Assembly: GCF_018977255.1 (NCBI RefSeq)
Contig: NW_024704743.1
Location: forward strand, 47,370,001-47,434,000
Direction of reading: 5' to 3'
From: Callorhinchus milii
Lineage: Eukaryota
DNA length: 64,000 nt
The notes beneath the pieces are model-generated. The model was not told the origin of the DNA. It saw only the letters and a list, made by a program, of their open reading frames with translations, and made no database searches. Shown here piece by piece: positions 13,626 to 27,925 of the stretch (position 1 is the first letter of the stretch; the number at the start of each line of letters is the position of its first letter). The position numbers were made by a program, and so were the translations under genes.

Positions 13626-14214
13626 ATCAAGGAGGCAAAAAAAAGAAACAAAAAAAATTCAGGAGGAAAATTTCTGCAAAATTCCTCCCTCAATTCCCAA
13701 AGGCAGATGAGCACGCTTTATGGCAAACCCCAGAGTCTATCTAATCAACCCAACACCCAGTCACAATACTATTAGTAATGTCAATGTTATACATTTAGGA
13801 TAAATTGAACCCTAATAATTCTTAACATTGTCAAGAAAATTACAACAAAAGGACGCAGATTCAAGGTCATTTTAGGTTATTTTACACAGTGAGTGGTGTA
13901 TAAGTGCAATAGACTTGCTGGAGACAGATTTGGGGGTCTAAAATGTGGTGATTTCAAATAGGAATTCTTAAGGGAGCTCCTAGTAATCACAGGAATGTCA
14001 TGCAGATCCATGGGAAATCACTCCAAAATTAGATTGCTTCAGAGTTGAGTTTCTGCAGGATTTCATTACATAATTCATAATAACACTGCAATGAAGTTCC
14101 CATTTGCAACCCACAGTCCTTACCAAGAAATTCCGTTTGAAACTGGCTGTGTTTTATACCTCTGTTTCAGCATATTCAGAGGGCATTTATTTTCAGTCAG
14201 CCAGGTGTCTGACA

Positions 14215-14990
14215 CATGCGGAAACCCATCACCAAGCCAGTCAGCAATCTGGACGTCTTGTTCAACCCTCAACTGTCCTTTCTCCCCCAGACCCATGCCA
14301 TGTCCTGCTCTGCCTTCCCCAACCTCTGCAGCGTTGCCTGACTCCGCCACTGCCTCACACCTCAGGCCGCCGCAACCCTCATACACGCATTCATTATCTC
14401 AAGGCCTGACTACGGAAATTCCCTCCTTGTCCACTCCCCAGCTCTTCCCTCCACGAGCTGCAGATCATGCAGAACTCTGCAGCTCATGTCCTCCCGCACC
14501 AGGCTCCGTGACCCCATCACCCCCACCCTCGCCCTCCTCCACTGGCACCCCATTCCTCAGAGGATAGAACTCAAAATCCTGGTCCTCACTTTCAAGGCTC
14601 TCCATGGCCTTGCCCCCTCCTACATCTTTGACTTGCTAACCCCTATCAACTGGCTCACTCCCACTGTTCGGCAGGCTCTGGCCTACTCCAAGTCTCCCGC
14701 CCGACCTGCCCTAACATCGGCAGCCGGGTTTTCACCTTCTCTGCTCCCACACTTTGGAACTCCATTCCACAATCCCTTTGCCTTGCTCCCTCCCTTGCCT
14801 CCTTCACGGTATGACCCAAGGGCCTCCTTTTCGACTGTGCTTTCAGCCACCCTCCTGCCTCTCTGCACTCCTTCATCCCAACTCTGCCTCCTCCCCCCCA
14901 CCATGCTCGGATCCTGATCCCTGACTGTTCAGTGCCTTGGGACATCCTTCCAAAGTGAAAAGTGCTTTACAAATGTAATTTTGTTGTATT
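14215..14990 (+). mobile_element. L2 LINE 3' fragment
   Basis: PITPTLALLHWHPIPQRIELKILVLTFKALHGLAPSY followed by the tail. Confidence 0.9.
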
Positions 14991-16079
14991 TAAGAATATC
15001 CAAACCAAGCTGAGATTTCCATGCACTTACACATGGAAATCTCAGAGATAGATTGCTGGAATGGAATGTGTACTCTCTCCCTGAAGGGACAGATTCTGCT
15101 TATCTAATTCCAGAAAGTATTCGGCACAGGTTGGCAAGAGCCAAGGCTTGGGGAATGCAGTGTGTGTGTTGGGCTGCTGCTCAAGTCTAACCAGCTAAAA
15201 CCACATAGCTTGCCATTGGTATCGCTGTCCAGCAAGCTTTCCTGCTGCTTGTCCAGCTTGGACCGCCATACTGTTAGGGCTTTGGCTTGCACGGTTAATG
15301 TTAATGCTGAGGGGGATGATTCTATGACCCCAGTGACTAGTCTGTCCTTCCAGATCCTGCTGATGAGCCAGGCTAGCTGTGCTGTCATCAGCAGTGCTCT
15401 GGAATACTGCAGACCCACCTCAGGAACCGGACTACAGAGACTGCCACAGATGACTGGCTTGATTCCGACATTCCATTGCCAGGATTGCCAGGCATGTCAC
15501 CTTGGAGCCACTCAAAAACTATTGGTTTATAATTATTTCTTTACCTACAGTGAATCTGTATTACAAGCATACACTTGCACAAAAGAGGTACCAAAATTAC
15601 CATAACATTTAACAAATAGAGGCTGAAAATATAGTCTATGTTAAAGATACTCAAGATTGATTATCTTAGCAAAGCAAGATAGTTGTAGAATATCTATGTA
15701 TTACACAGGCAAATCACTTGTAATCTGCAAAATACAATGTCACTAAATGCCTCTATAAATCAAATGATTATATCATTTTGCAGTTACAATGTCACAGAAG
15801 GTGATTGTATCTTTCTGATGATGTCACTCACCATTTGTTTTAAGTGTCACAGGAGTAATTGGACAGTTTAATGCGGTCAGAAGATGAGAACAATTTAAAC
15901 TTTTTATTTTCAAAATGACGCAAACATATTGATTGTAAAATGTACAGACATCAGGGCAGGAGCTAAAGGCTCAATTCAGGGTCAGGAATTCTAGAATCAC
16001 AGAGCCATTAAATTTTATAGCTGAGAATGAGGTGTTGTGTGCGTCTGTGTGTGGAAAAGTGTTTCACATCAAGAAAATT

Positions 16080-16530
16080 TTGGAATACCAATCAAAATAT
16101 TTAAAAACAGCTATGGATATATTTTAGTGGGTATACTAAGTTTCTCAGACTTGGCAGATGCACTGAGTGGTGTTCCATAGGACCTGTGTTGGGTGTCACT
16201 CTGATTTATAATATACATAAATTATATGGACTTAGGAATTGAGGGAACATTGACATTTGCTCACGACCCCAAATTAGGCACATGACAAATTTTGATGATC
16301 AATTTGAAGTACTGCAGGCGGATATAGATAAGATATTGGGTGGACAGATCGGTGGCAGATGTATCTTAATGCCCATATAATATAGATAAAAATAGGGAAA
16401 TAATAATATTCAGGAAATATACCTTTAAATAGTAATATTTGAAATGGCGTAGAGAAGCAGAGCGGCCTTGGCGTGCAGATACACTGGTCATTAATTGTGG
16501 AGGTACAAGTTGATACTACCTGAAACATTA
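16080..16530 (+). mobile_element. Highly decayed CR1 RT fragment
   Basis: agtggtgttccataggacctgtgttggg (GVPQGSVLG-like), tttgctcacgaccccaaattagg (FADDTKLG-like) and tggcagatg motifs. Confidence 0.6.
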
Positions 16531-19500
16531 ATTTTACATCTTGATGTTATTTTGGGTGTCATTTATTAGCTTATTGTTATAGAGATAGTCTTCCATTAAG
16601 TGTCTAATTGCCATTAGTTTTCTAATTATTGAGATGAGGCTAAATCTCTTCCTTAAACCCCAGCAAGTTCTTATTGTGGAGAGAATGTCATAGATTATTT
16701 AGAAAAAATAATTTTCTTATACTAAATTATGCTCTTATGATCTATAATCCTAGCAGAAATTTATTTCGAAGTAACTGTTTAATAAAGATATATTTGGTTA
16801 AATTGATTGTTGCCTGTGTCAGCAAGAAGGACACTGTAATTCAGTCACTTTGGAAATTACAAAGTATTCAAATATTGCATAAAGTATTAACATTAACAAG
16901 GATGTGTTGGACTATGGTGACTATGACTTTGCTACCAATAACAATGAAAGAACACATTCTTAAACAATAAAATTATGTGATGTGAGTATACCAATTTAAA
17001 TAGAGTACAGTTCTTCAAAATCCTTTCAAAATTGTAACGAGTGTTAAGAGATTCAAAATGAACCTAAATATATTTATACTCTGTACATCTCTCAAAAATC
17101 TTTCACTCCTTATTGGTTTTAACCAAAAGTAACACTAGAACGCGTGCACTAATGTACATAGCAGCTTCCAACCACAATTGAAGAAAAAAACATTGGCCCA
17201 ATGCACTCAATGAACTACATCCAGACATCCTGTGCCTGACCTGCCCCAACTCCAGCCTGATTCCCCAGCACAAAGGAGTTTGGAAACTGATGACTTAAGA
17301 GTGAGCAACGTCAAGAAACAAAAATGTTAAGTCCAGTTTTATTCCTCCCAGACTGCCAGGCTGTGCATGATGTGATCTAAAGTGACGTAGGATCCAGCTG
17401 AGAGCTTTCCAGTGCCCTGAAGGAACTCCTCTTAGCAGAGCGAGGAGTAGGCACAGAATTGTTGGGCTTCTATGACTTTTTTTGATAAAACTGAAGTCAT
17501 GAGATGTGTGAGTGCCATACCAAAGCTATTGCGCGACTTATCAGTACGGATTTCAATTGTTTTACACCGATGGTCTATTAGCTTTGTGTTATACCCTTGA
17601 TACCTGAACATCATCCTATTGTGCCAAAAATAGAGAACTACTGGAAACATGTAAATGAAATGTACACTTTAAGGGAAAAAAGGAAGAAAATTAATCAATT
17701 CAGAGGCAACACCAAAATACGCAATATTCCCATTGTTCTCAATAAAGACAAATGTAACTACAGTCTCAAGTTTTCAGAATCAAACATACGACAAAAAATT
17801 CTGGAGCAATTGATTTATTGTTAGCCCCACAGTAGATGTACAATTAAGAGTTTGTACAGGAGTCTCCATTGCTTCACAGCAGGATACTTATTATCAGATC
17901 AATGTGGATTGAAGTATGGCTAACAGGGAACTTGGTAAATATATACATATTTTTTAAGAAAGTATCTTCAGGACTTACATTCCGTGCAGACATTTCTCAT
18001 TAGCAAGTATTTTAACAGAGGGCTGCTACATGATAAATCTCCTTGTTGCCCAGTTAATGTAATGAGGAGTAGGCAGGATGAATCAGGCTTTCCAAATTTA
18101 TCACTGCTCTTATTGCCCAAAGGGAACTGAGCACATTCTCCAGAGCACTCCTCCACCCCCACAACTTCACCATTCAAATACCATCTGCTTTCCTCCGAGA
18201 CAACATTTCTAGCCCCTCATATTAAACGATTTACTGCTATCTTTATAAGCAGCTCTGCTTGTAGTACTAAATCATTTGTATTTCATCTCAGGCTGCATAA
18301 AAAGGCAGTGTTTGGTAAAATATTCAACTAAATTACACACAACAATGCACTCGGGACATTTTTCAATAAAAAGCGTATATTAAATGAACCTTAATATTTT
18401 ATGAGCGTGGCTTTTTATTTTATTCAACAGCTACAAAAATCCAACTAATACAAGTGGTTAATATAATTTGATATCAAACAATTTCTGTTGATCTGCATTA
18501 TTTAAACTTTTTGTCCACTGGGGATGAGACAAAGGTATAATTTAAAGGTATAAATTAACATTAGTAAATAATATTCACATGTATTGTGGGTGAACACAAT
18601 ATCTAACATATTCCAGAAAAGTACAATAATATTTAAAATAACACAATAACTGCCTCAGGTTTTCAGTAACAACATAACACAGCATGATGCCTTGTTTATA
18701 CTGAAGTAAGCAAAAGCAACAGCATTTCAAGCAGTCAGGGGATGTGGGGTAAAAGACGGATTGAAAGAGAATTACTTCTCTGACTGTTAAAAATATCCAC
18801 ATTTACATTCGGCAAACGTGTAAACAACCAAACATGCAGAATGCTGAAATAAAGTGTTAAGATTCTTAACATTACTACTGACTGTAATAAGTTTTTTTTC
18901 AAAGCTCTCAATACTTTCTGGAGAGCTCAAGAATTTTTCAGGCACAACTTAAAAGTTGGTGCAAACTCAAGTGCTGCCGAAATCATCTCGTCAAGATGGG
19001 TCTTGGCAGCATTTAGTCCCAAATTGCACTGTTCAACCACAATTTGCACACAGTATTGGCTCTCCCTCACTCCAGTCTCTATTCATTCAGCAATAAACAG
19101 AGCTCTTATCCCAGTCCCAATCATTAAATGAACAGCTTTATTTATAAAAATGATGTGTTCTGCTTCATTGATAAAGAATATTACAAAAGTAAAAATATAA
19201 ACAAAGATATAATCATACATAATTTGGCTTTGCAATGCACATATGTTAAATTTGGCAAAAAAGCTAGAATTATTTCAACAATTCTAATTCTAAATGTGCT
19301 TGTGGAACTAAAATCTGTTCCTGACTGTCAGGATTACATTCAGAAAATATCACCTTTGTCTAAAGGGCGAAGCAAACTGCAATATCTAGACTCTATTCAT
19401 ACCTGTAATTTATTAACCCCTCTCACCTATTGATTTTTCTAGTATCGCTTCTCTGAGGTGAAGAATGTACAGTGAGCTCATTTCAGCCTTGCCTCACTGC

Positions 19501-22500
19501 CAGTTTTAATTATATACAAAACCCACAGAAATATCTCACTTGAATAACCCGTGACAAAGCTGTACTTTACCAACATGCAGAGTTCAACCTGCTGTGTGAT
19601 TGATTTAAAAAAATACATTTTTTTTATAAAGAGGGTGGAGGCTGTCACCACCTGGGAAATTCCATCAGCCAAATTTTTGCAATTTTGCGAGCGAAAGGTT
19701 TTAACATAAAACTGTTATAATTTCTACCTTTCCAGGATAAGTGTGCTCAATCTAATCCCAATTTATTAATGGAGAATTAAATCCTTGTCAAGGGGAGAAC
19801 TTTTTCAAAGAAATCAAGCTAAATTACAGTGCTCCAAAAATACTACTGAAGGAATTTAATAATTACTCATTCCATTATTACTGAACACAATGAGATAGGA
19901 TAATATGAATGGGGACATTTTATACTGTGTTCAACTTTGATCTTGTGCTCTGTATTTCGTGTTTTACAGTCCGAGCAATGTCGAAACAAGCTGCCTCTAA
20001 TGATGTGTGTCCAGACATTGTGGCTATCATGTAACCAGAGATACAATGAATGTTGGATAAGGTAGAACGACTAACCCAGTACTTGACTGCTAATCCGTGC
20101 ACTGCACTTTCCTACTGAACAATGCTGAAACCAATGAACCATCTATGCTGCAGATTTGGTGATGATGTGATTTATTCTTTCACAGTGCACTGAGCAGGAT
20201 TTGTAGTTCGGCACAAAGCGATCGAAGCACAAATCAGTTGACTGAAATTGGGTGTGAGATGCACCTCGTAAAGTTTCCACACCAGTTATAGAGGAGTGAG
20301 CAGATCAGTATAATTAGGATGTGAGATGCTGAATGCTTACACTGCTCTGAAATCAAACAATACGTGCTGCAACACTCAGACCCAAAGGGAAATGAGTCCA
20401 TTCCCAGGTCCCTCTGACTTGATGCCCCCAACCCTCTTTCAAGGTCTGTGTAAAAATGTACCTCATCGATCGTGCTTTCGGTCATCTTTTCCTCCCCCAC
20501 CCTGCCACCCTCAGCTCTGGTTCCTAGCCGGATTCGTCAAGTGCTTTGGGATGTCTTCCCAATGCAAAAGATGCTACATAAATATAAATTGTCTTGTTCT
20601 TAAATTGCAGTAAGCCTTCCCTAAGCAGCACCACACTAACCCTTACAGCAAGAGACTTTTACATTTTACTGGACTTTTGGAATTTGTACTCACTTGAGAC
20701 AAGAAGATGTCACAGCTTCAAAATTGAAAAGTAAATAACATTAGTAATCTGTTTGGAGATTTGCAAATTCTTTCTTTCATAAAGGAACCATAATGTTAAC
20801 ATTCAGACTGTAAAAGGCTGTGTTGTTTATCTTAGTGTAACTCTTAAAAAGGCAATGACTTCCGTACTTGTACTCAATTCACAAAGAACAAAAGACTGTT
20901 TAAGACAAACATGGACTGTTAACAGTGATATGCTCAGAAATATAACCATTTCATTCCATTAACTGCGCGCAACAAGAAAATTATTTCAGCAATTGGTATT
21001 CAGAAATAGATTATTCTTTCAAGCTCTGGTTTTCCATTTTAAAGTAACAAAATGATGAAGTGATTAGAATTGCATCAACACACTTTTATACTATGCACTA
21101 TTTTATCCCTGGAATCATCATACAATTAACTGCTTGCTTTCTCCCTCCACCTCCCACGGGAAAGGCCCCTCAAAGTGTTCAGGAGCAAAGAGGTGGAGAA
21201 TGGAAACACGAGCAGTCAGTGAAGGTGCAATGTATTTCCATTTCCATTATGTGATAATGGTTTCATTATGGCTATAGCTCAATTAATTAAAATAAATAAT
21301 CAAACTATTCATATGGGAATTAATAAAATGTTCCAGCTATACATCACCCCAGGTTAATGTTAGTTTTGCCAAATTGATATACAGCTTAATGTTCAGGGTG
21401 TTCTACCTGAATTCAAGTTGCAGTGGATGTCAGTGTGAGTCTGTCTGTCAGTGCTAAAGAAACACTAGTTAGTTGTATTAATAAGTCCCAGTCTGCACTC
21501 TGTAGATTCAGCTGTGTGCAGTTACCTCACCTTCCTTCTCTAGTGACCTCATCCTCTGACAATGCTGCCATTCAGACAGATGTTGTGGAAAATCTTGCTT
21601 ACAAAAGCTTCATTTTTTCAGATTAATGAGTGAGCTCTACCATTCTGCTTCAGAAAAAGATTCAAACAAAATAAACCATGTCCTGTATGCATCTTCACGA
21701 ATTTCGTAGCTGAATCCTACTGCACACAAGTTGTCATACACACATGCTTATTATTCAAGGTTTAAAGCAACGAATGAGGATTTAATGGGTAACCCAAAGA
21801 AGGTTTCAGGAAGTGTATGTAAAAGTGACCCCTGACCAACCATATAAACACTGGAGGAGAAGTCAGATTTGCTCCGTTTTGATAGGATCAATCATAATAC
21901 GTTCTCCAGATCTTGTTGTTTATTTCTGTAACATCTCATTTATATTTTTAAAATAAAAAATTAAATACTAAATTACATTAAAAAAGCAAAAAAATGTTAT
22001 GTCTAACAGAATATCACACAGCAAATTGTATTGACTTCTGATATGAATTTTCATACTTTATTATATTACTGCTAGAAAAAGTAAGACAATGGTGTATCAG
22101 ACATGTCTAATTTCTTCCCCCTCAAATCTATAAGCTAAATGATATTCATCTAGAATACAAAGGGGTTGGGGATACTATTGGATAGGTCACTGAAACCATG
22201 AGGGGAGATCTTAATGAAGAACATATTTCAAGATTCAAAAAGGGCAATGATAAAATAAAGTTAGTCCAAAAATCCATAATAGACTGAACCACAGAAGAGG
22301 GAGATGAATAAACAGAGTTAATAATTCTACATAGAACGAGTGGTGAATATGTGAAATAGATTACCCAGGGAGGCAGATTGTGGCAGCAAATTTAAGATGG
22401 AATTAGATAATTAATGTATTTGGTAACAAGTGCAATCAATGGGTAGGGAAAAGATAGAGTAACGTGGAATTATTTATTCCTGTTTTTCAGGGTGCGTTTA

Positions 22501-22929
22501 CTTGTGAACAATCAGATGAACGAATATAATCTTATCTGATCGTTTACATTCTCATGTTCCTATTGTTAAGGACTTTACCAAAGGATGCAACGCAGGCAAT
22601 AGAATGGCTCAAATTAGAGAATTAGCATCAGTCTTCTCAGTATTCATGAAATGATCCAAATTGTATATGAACAATAAAGCCGAAGTCTGCACATTGAGGT
22701 TTGAAAATCTGAGAGATGCAGCGATATTATTGAGGGTCTTACACAATGCCATATCTTTGGAATAACACTTAAACAATTTAGAACTGTTATCTAACTCCTG
22801 AGATCTGATTACAAAGTTTAAACAACTTCCTGGTATTATCTGTTATTATTTATAATCTATCTGTTTCAATTTTACTTGTGGATTTCATTCTGCATAGAAC
22901 TCTATTTTTGAATGATGATAACAATATTA

Positions 22930-23365
22930 ATAATAAATAATCCTTGCATGCGGGATACTGTTTTTATCATGTCGAAAGTATGTCTCAAAACGCTTCACAG
23001 GATTTACTGTGAAATGGAGTGACTGTGTAAACGCGGCAGCAAAATTACACACAGCATTGACCCCCATTTATTCCCACTGTCCCAAAATATCCCATTTTAT
23101 TTGTGGGATTGTTGGTCAGGACACCAGGAGCACTCCCTTCACTTTTTGAATAGTGCCATGGGATCTTTAACGTCCACCTGAACAGGCAGACAGGGCCGCG
23201 ATTTAACATCTCATGTGAAACATGTCACCACCGACAATGCAACACCCCTCCCACCACAACACTGCATTGGAGTATCAGCTTAGATTATGTGAGTTCAAGC
23301 TCAATATGGGATTTAAACCCACAACCTTCGGATTCAAAGGCAAGAATATTACCACTGAGCCAATG
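22930..23365 (-). mobile_element. Deu-domain SINE, near full length
   Basis: Core gtgccatgggatctttaacgtccacctgaacaggcagac, tail at ~22930 and tRNA-like head at ~23300-23365. Confidence 0.8.
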
Positions 23366-26002
23366 GCCCCTTCTGGTATTGTGTTCCAGGGTATTTCAAA
23401 TATGTCTGGCATTTTATTAAAACATTAAGAACATACACAAATTTTTAGTGCACACATTAAATACAATTGAGAAAGTATGAGGACATGAGGTTCTCACTTT
23501 CAGACACAAAACAACGGTCATTTCTTCTCTATTTGAGCAGAGACTTGTAGAGCATGAATAGGAAGAGAGATCAGAGGAACTAGTTTTTTTTAAAAAAAAC
23601 AATTGGAGCACATTTGCATAAACTGTCTCATCATATCTTATCGTAAATAATTAAGCTGCTATTTGACCATTTTTATGTGAATGTGACCAAGGACTTATAA
23701 ACCCCTTTAGGTAACAACCCTATAATCAGGAAAGAAATGGTAGCAAATAATTGCTACAAATGCACAAGTAACACAGTTAAAGGCAAATATATTATATAAG
23801 GCTTCTTAGCAATTCCACCTTAACCATTACTTGTTAATAGTTGAATTGCATTCTGTCTAGTCCTTGACAGCTCTTCTTTAAGATGTGAGCCCAGAGTTAA
23901 ACAGTATTCTTACCAGCACATTGTATTCCCCCTTAACAGTCATGTTTCAGCTAAGACAACCCTTCTGAGTGAGTGTTCGAGGCATAACTCCAGTTAGGTA
24001 CAATCCAAATATTCCCTATATATAACTGTAGATCCATTTGTTCCTACATATTGGGGACTTTTGCATCCTGTAGTCATTTTTCCCACAACCCAATGGAATC
24101 ACACTCAGGAATACATCATTATTGTGAATGGAATTTGGTTGTGGGCTCATGTCCATGAGGTTCTGGACTGAGACCACATTGACTCATTTCATTTAGGATT
24201 CATAACGCTTGTTAAAGGGAGGAGACCCTCATTCCATCTGTTTGTGCTGGACTAAAACTTAGGTCCCTGAGGGAAAGTGTCCAAACATCACAATGCGCTA
24301 AGCAGTTACACCCTTTCCCCTCAGCCACACATCATCGTCATTTCAAATTTCTGCTTCTCTCCAATCATGTACAGTACAAAATGATCCATCAGTGTTCAGT
24401 TATGAGACTCTTCAAAAGGTAACAAAGATACACCCTTACGATCTCTACAACTGTTATTATGTGCAGTTCAAGCCACTAATCTTATTTTGAATCTAGTATT
24501 CTAACACAAGGTTTTATTGCAAAGAATCATTAAATTTGCACTAAAATCCTAACTACCTCATGAACTATTTAGTTGTGTACTGCCAAGGAACGCAGTTACC
24601 ACAGCTGATGCTCCCGTTGGACTCAAGTAATCAATTACCTGTCATTAGATCTAACAGTAGTACACGGACAACATTATTGCACCCTTGGGTTAAGAACTGA
24701 AAGGTCAGTGGCTAAAATGTAGTTACATGAAATAGGGCAATTTATACTGCTGCCTGAAACTAATTCCTAGAGGGCAATATTCTGAAATAGTGACACCCAG
24801 GGCTAGAAAAATAAAGGATTATTTGTCTATAACATTAGACCTGTCAATCAACCAGTGCTTTGCTGAAGTCTCCAGGATTTCAAGCTCTGTTTCATTTCTC
24901 TGGTTCGGCCGTCAGAACCTCAAGATTGAAAAAATATATACTTATTTGCCAACTGTCCAAAGAAAGGAATATTTATTTAGTGCTGATGACTGACCTTTTC
25001 TCTAACCTGTTTTTATCCATTTTGTAACACAAACTTGTTCACAGGGAATCAACTTATCACCCAATACAACTTTTCTCTTGGTGATCCTCATCCCAAATTT
25101 GAAGCTCTCGTATTTACTTAACTTATCAGGTCTAACATACTCGATTAATTGATTTTAGTTACTCCTACTGCTGGGAGACATTTTAATCTATTTAATAGAA
25201 ACTTCCCTACAAATAGAATACAGTACAATAAATGCAAGCTGTCCAAGCAACAACACGAGTGAAGAACCCACAAAGAAATTCTAGTGACAGTAACTCAAAA
25301 GTGGCTTGTTTGTGATTTCTCAATCAGTATCAACACAGATAAATGTATCTGTTGTATTGCATATCTTGACTAAAATAACCTAAAAGCACTCAGAGACCCT
25401 ACTCGGTGTGAAGGTTGCTATATAAATGCAAGTTGTTGTTGTAAAAGATTCTTGAATCATAGCTGTCAAACGAAGTGCCTTGAAAACAGCTCATTATTAT
25501 CCTGGATTCATACAGTGCCTTCTTACAGCATTTTACAGTGTGATTCGAACACTGGAGTCTGTTGCCGACACTGAGAAGGCTTTTGGAACAAACGGAAGCA
25601 GCACTATCAGGACTGTTGGGATTGCTGTTACACGCGTATTGAGATGTGAGCAGGCCTCAAAGATAGAAACAAAAACATTTTACAGTATAGAAGCAGGCGA
25701 TTGTCCAATCATATTTATGCTACTTGTAGTAGCATCCACTATTATTTTGTACAATATGAGGAAGATCTATTCTATGATGTGAGTTATAGCACCCCTTTCT
25801 TGTGTCTAAAATATCCTTGCTTTGGGATCATGAAGTATAAGAGGAACAACTGAAACCCCTAACCACCATCCCTGCCACTAACGAACAGATAGGGCTAAAC
25901 ATCCTTGCATACAATCCTATGAGGCTTCAAATGAATTTGATAACAATGCCAACATTGCTGACAGGTCTTATTCTGCCCATAGAAAATTAAAATTTGTTCT
26001 GC

Positions 26003-26380
26003 TCCCTGATGACTCAGTGGCTAAACACTGTGGCACTCTACAACACTTTAGAAAGAAAACTACTGATATGTGCTGAGTAAACCAAACTTAATACTGGGAC
26101 ACATAAATAGACTCAGCATCCCTGGTCTAGAGAGACAAAAATATATCTTGAGCTGAGCTCCTGCTCCATGTTACTACTGAGCAACCACTGCTACAAGTGA
26201 ATGTGTAAAAATAGCAGATTCATCTGTCATGCTTCCCCCCCACCTCACACATACACACTCACAGATGAATACCCACTCAGGCAGTAACACGCTTAACAAA
26301 TAGTCAGTTGATGAAGTACCAGGAATCACTGTAGCCTATGGAACTACACCACCGCTTGAGATCCTCCTTTCAGGAGAAAA
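26003..26380 (+). mobile_element. Old unclassified SINE-like family (related copies at ~31785-32215 and ~46363-46625)
   Basis: Shared degenerate blocks across the copies: a ctcagtgg/gtaaa head, a ctggg/tctag..ga.gg/caaaaat block and a t(c)ctgct..atc.ctatcc.gtga block. Confidence 0.45.
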
Positions 26381-27149
26381 GAGATTAGGGAAGCAAATCC
26401 AGAGTAAAACTCCAGAACATTTTTTTTAATATACTATATTTTGGATGTTAAGATGCATGCAACAGCAGTCCCAAGGATAGTGCTGCTTCCATTTGCTCAC
26501 ATAAATAAATTGTATTACCAATTGCTCTATGAAATTAACCTTCAGATTTTGTTTTCCAAATACATCTTCTTGTCAGTTTTATAAAATTTTAAATCAATCA
26601 GCCAAACTATGTTTTGATGGGTGCAATGAAAATGCAGCATATGTCCAGGGAAATCTCTGGTGGCTGGGTTTGAAATTGAGAGCCTAACAAGATTGCCTGG
26701 TTAGTAAGGGAGACTCCAACTACAAGTAATTTTCAAAGTCGCTTGGAAACTGTGCATTATGTAACTGAAGTCAAATTGATTTAAATTTTCAGAATTTTTC
26801 ATTCTTTTACACATCAGCACAGCTGTGCACTTGGCTGACACAGCAATTGTAGGAGTAACATTGATATAATCACTCTTTTAGCACATACTGGTATGTTGGT
26901 GTTATATTCTGCTGGTTCAAGCTGCTTTGTTAGTGATGGCCAACAGTAAGAGGGTAATGGAAGATACCTGGGAAGGGACACTTATGGGCCTTATCCAGGG
27001 TACAAATGGATTGGATTACTAGAGATGTACTGCTATCTACCTCCTTGTGTCAGATTGAGTTTGCCTTTACAGCTCTGTGTTGTGGTGGTTTTGGGGGTGG
27101 TGGGAAAGAAAACTTGTTTAAGCCTCCGGAGGAGAATATTTTTTTTAAG

Positions 27150-27925
27150 TTATAATAATGATAATAATTCTTGCATCTGATATAGCGCCTTTCATGTCAG
27201 AAAGACATCTCAAAGAGCTTAATAGGATTTACTGTAAAGTGTAGCGACTATAAAGGACTGTGAAGTCCTGTAGCTCAGTGGTTAGAGTACTCGCTTTGCA
27301 AGCGAGAGACCTGGGTTTGATTCCCGGCAGGGTGAAACCTTGGGCAAGTTTCCTTACTCCACATCCAATAATCCCTCAAGAAAAAAAACAATAATAAATT
27401 GGTCACTTCAATCCACAACTGTTTGTGAGACACTGCTGTGTGCAATTGGCTGCCACATTTCACCCACCAATATACAGTCAATTCACTTTACAATCTATTC
27501 TGTGAAGCGCTTTGAGACATCTAGAAGATGTGAAAAGCATTATATCAAATGCAAGCATTATTATTATATTATTATTATAAAGTGTAGTGTATTTTTATTG
27601 GGAAACACTGCAGTTAATTTGCGCATAGCAATGTCCCACAAACAATGATGAAGTGAATGGTTACTTTTATCTGGGGGTTGTTGGCCAGGACATGGGGAGA
27701 AATTCCCTTTTTTTTCAAATACTGCCATGGATCTTTAACATCCATCTAAACAGGCAGATGGGACTTTGGTTTAATATTTTACTCAAAGATTGGCACCTCC
27801 AAAAATGCAGAATAACCCCAGTACTGCATTGCAATGTCAGCTGAGGCTATGCACTTCAAGGCCCAACATGGGCTTGATCCCACCCTCTTCTGACTTAAAG
27901 ATGAGGGTGCTCCCCACTGAGCTAT
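27150..27925 (-). mobile_element. Deu-domain SINE split by a younger Ala-SINE
   Basis: Tail at 27150-27250 and body plus head at 27578-27925, with core gccatggatctttaacatccatctaaacaggcaga. Confidence 0.75.
27260..27577 (+). mobile_element. tRNA-Ala-headed SINE, nested in a Deu-SINE
   Basis: Head gtcctgtagctcagtggttagag...ctcgctttgcaagcgag; tail ...atatcaaatgcaag(att)n. Confidence 0.9.

Noticed and set aside
17432..17650. 72-aa minus-strand ORF after a ttcag acceptor-like site
   Set aside because: No similarity to CREB5. Read in phase 0 from that AG it stops within 5 codons, and the polypyrimidine tract is weak.
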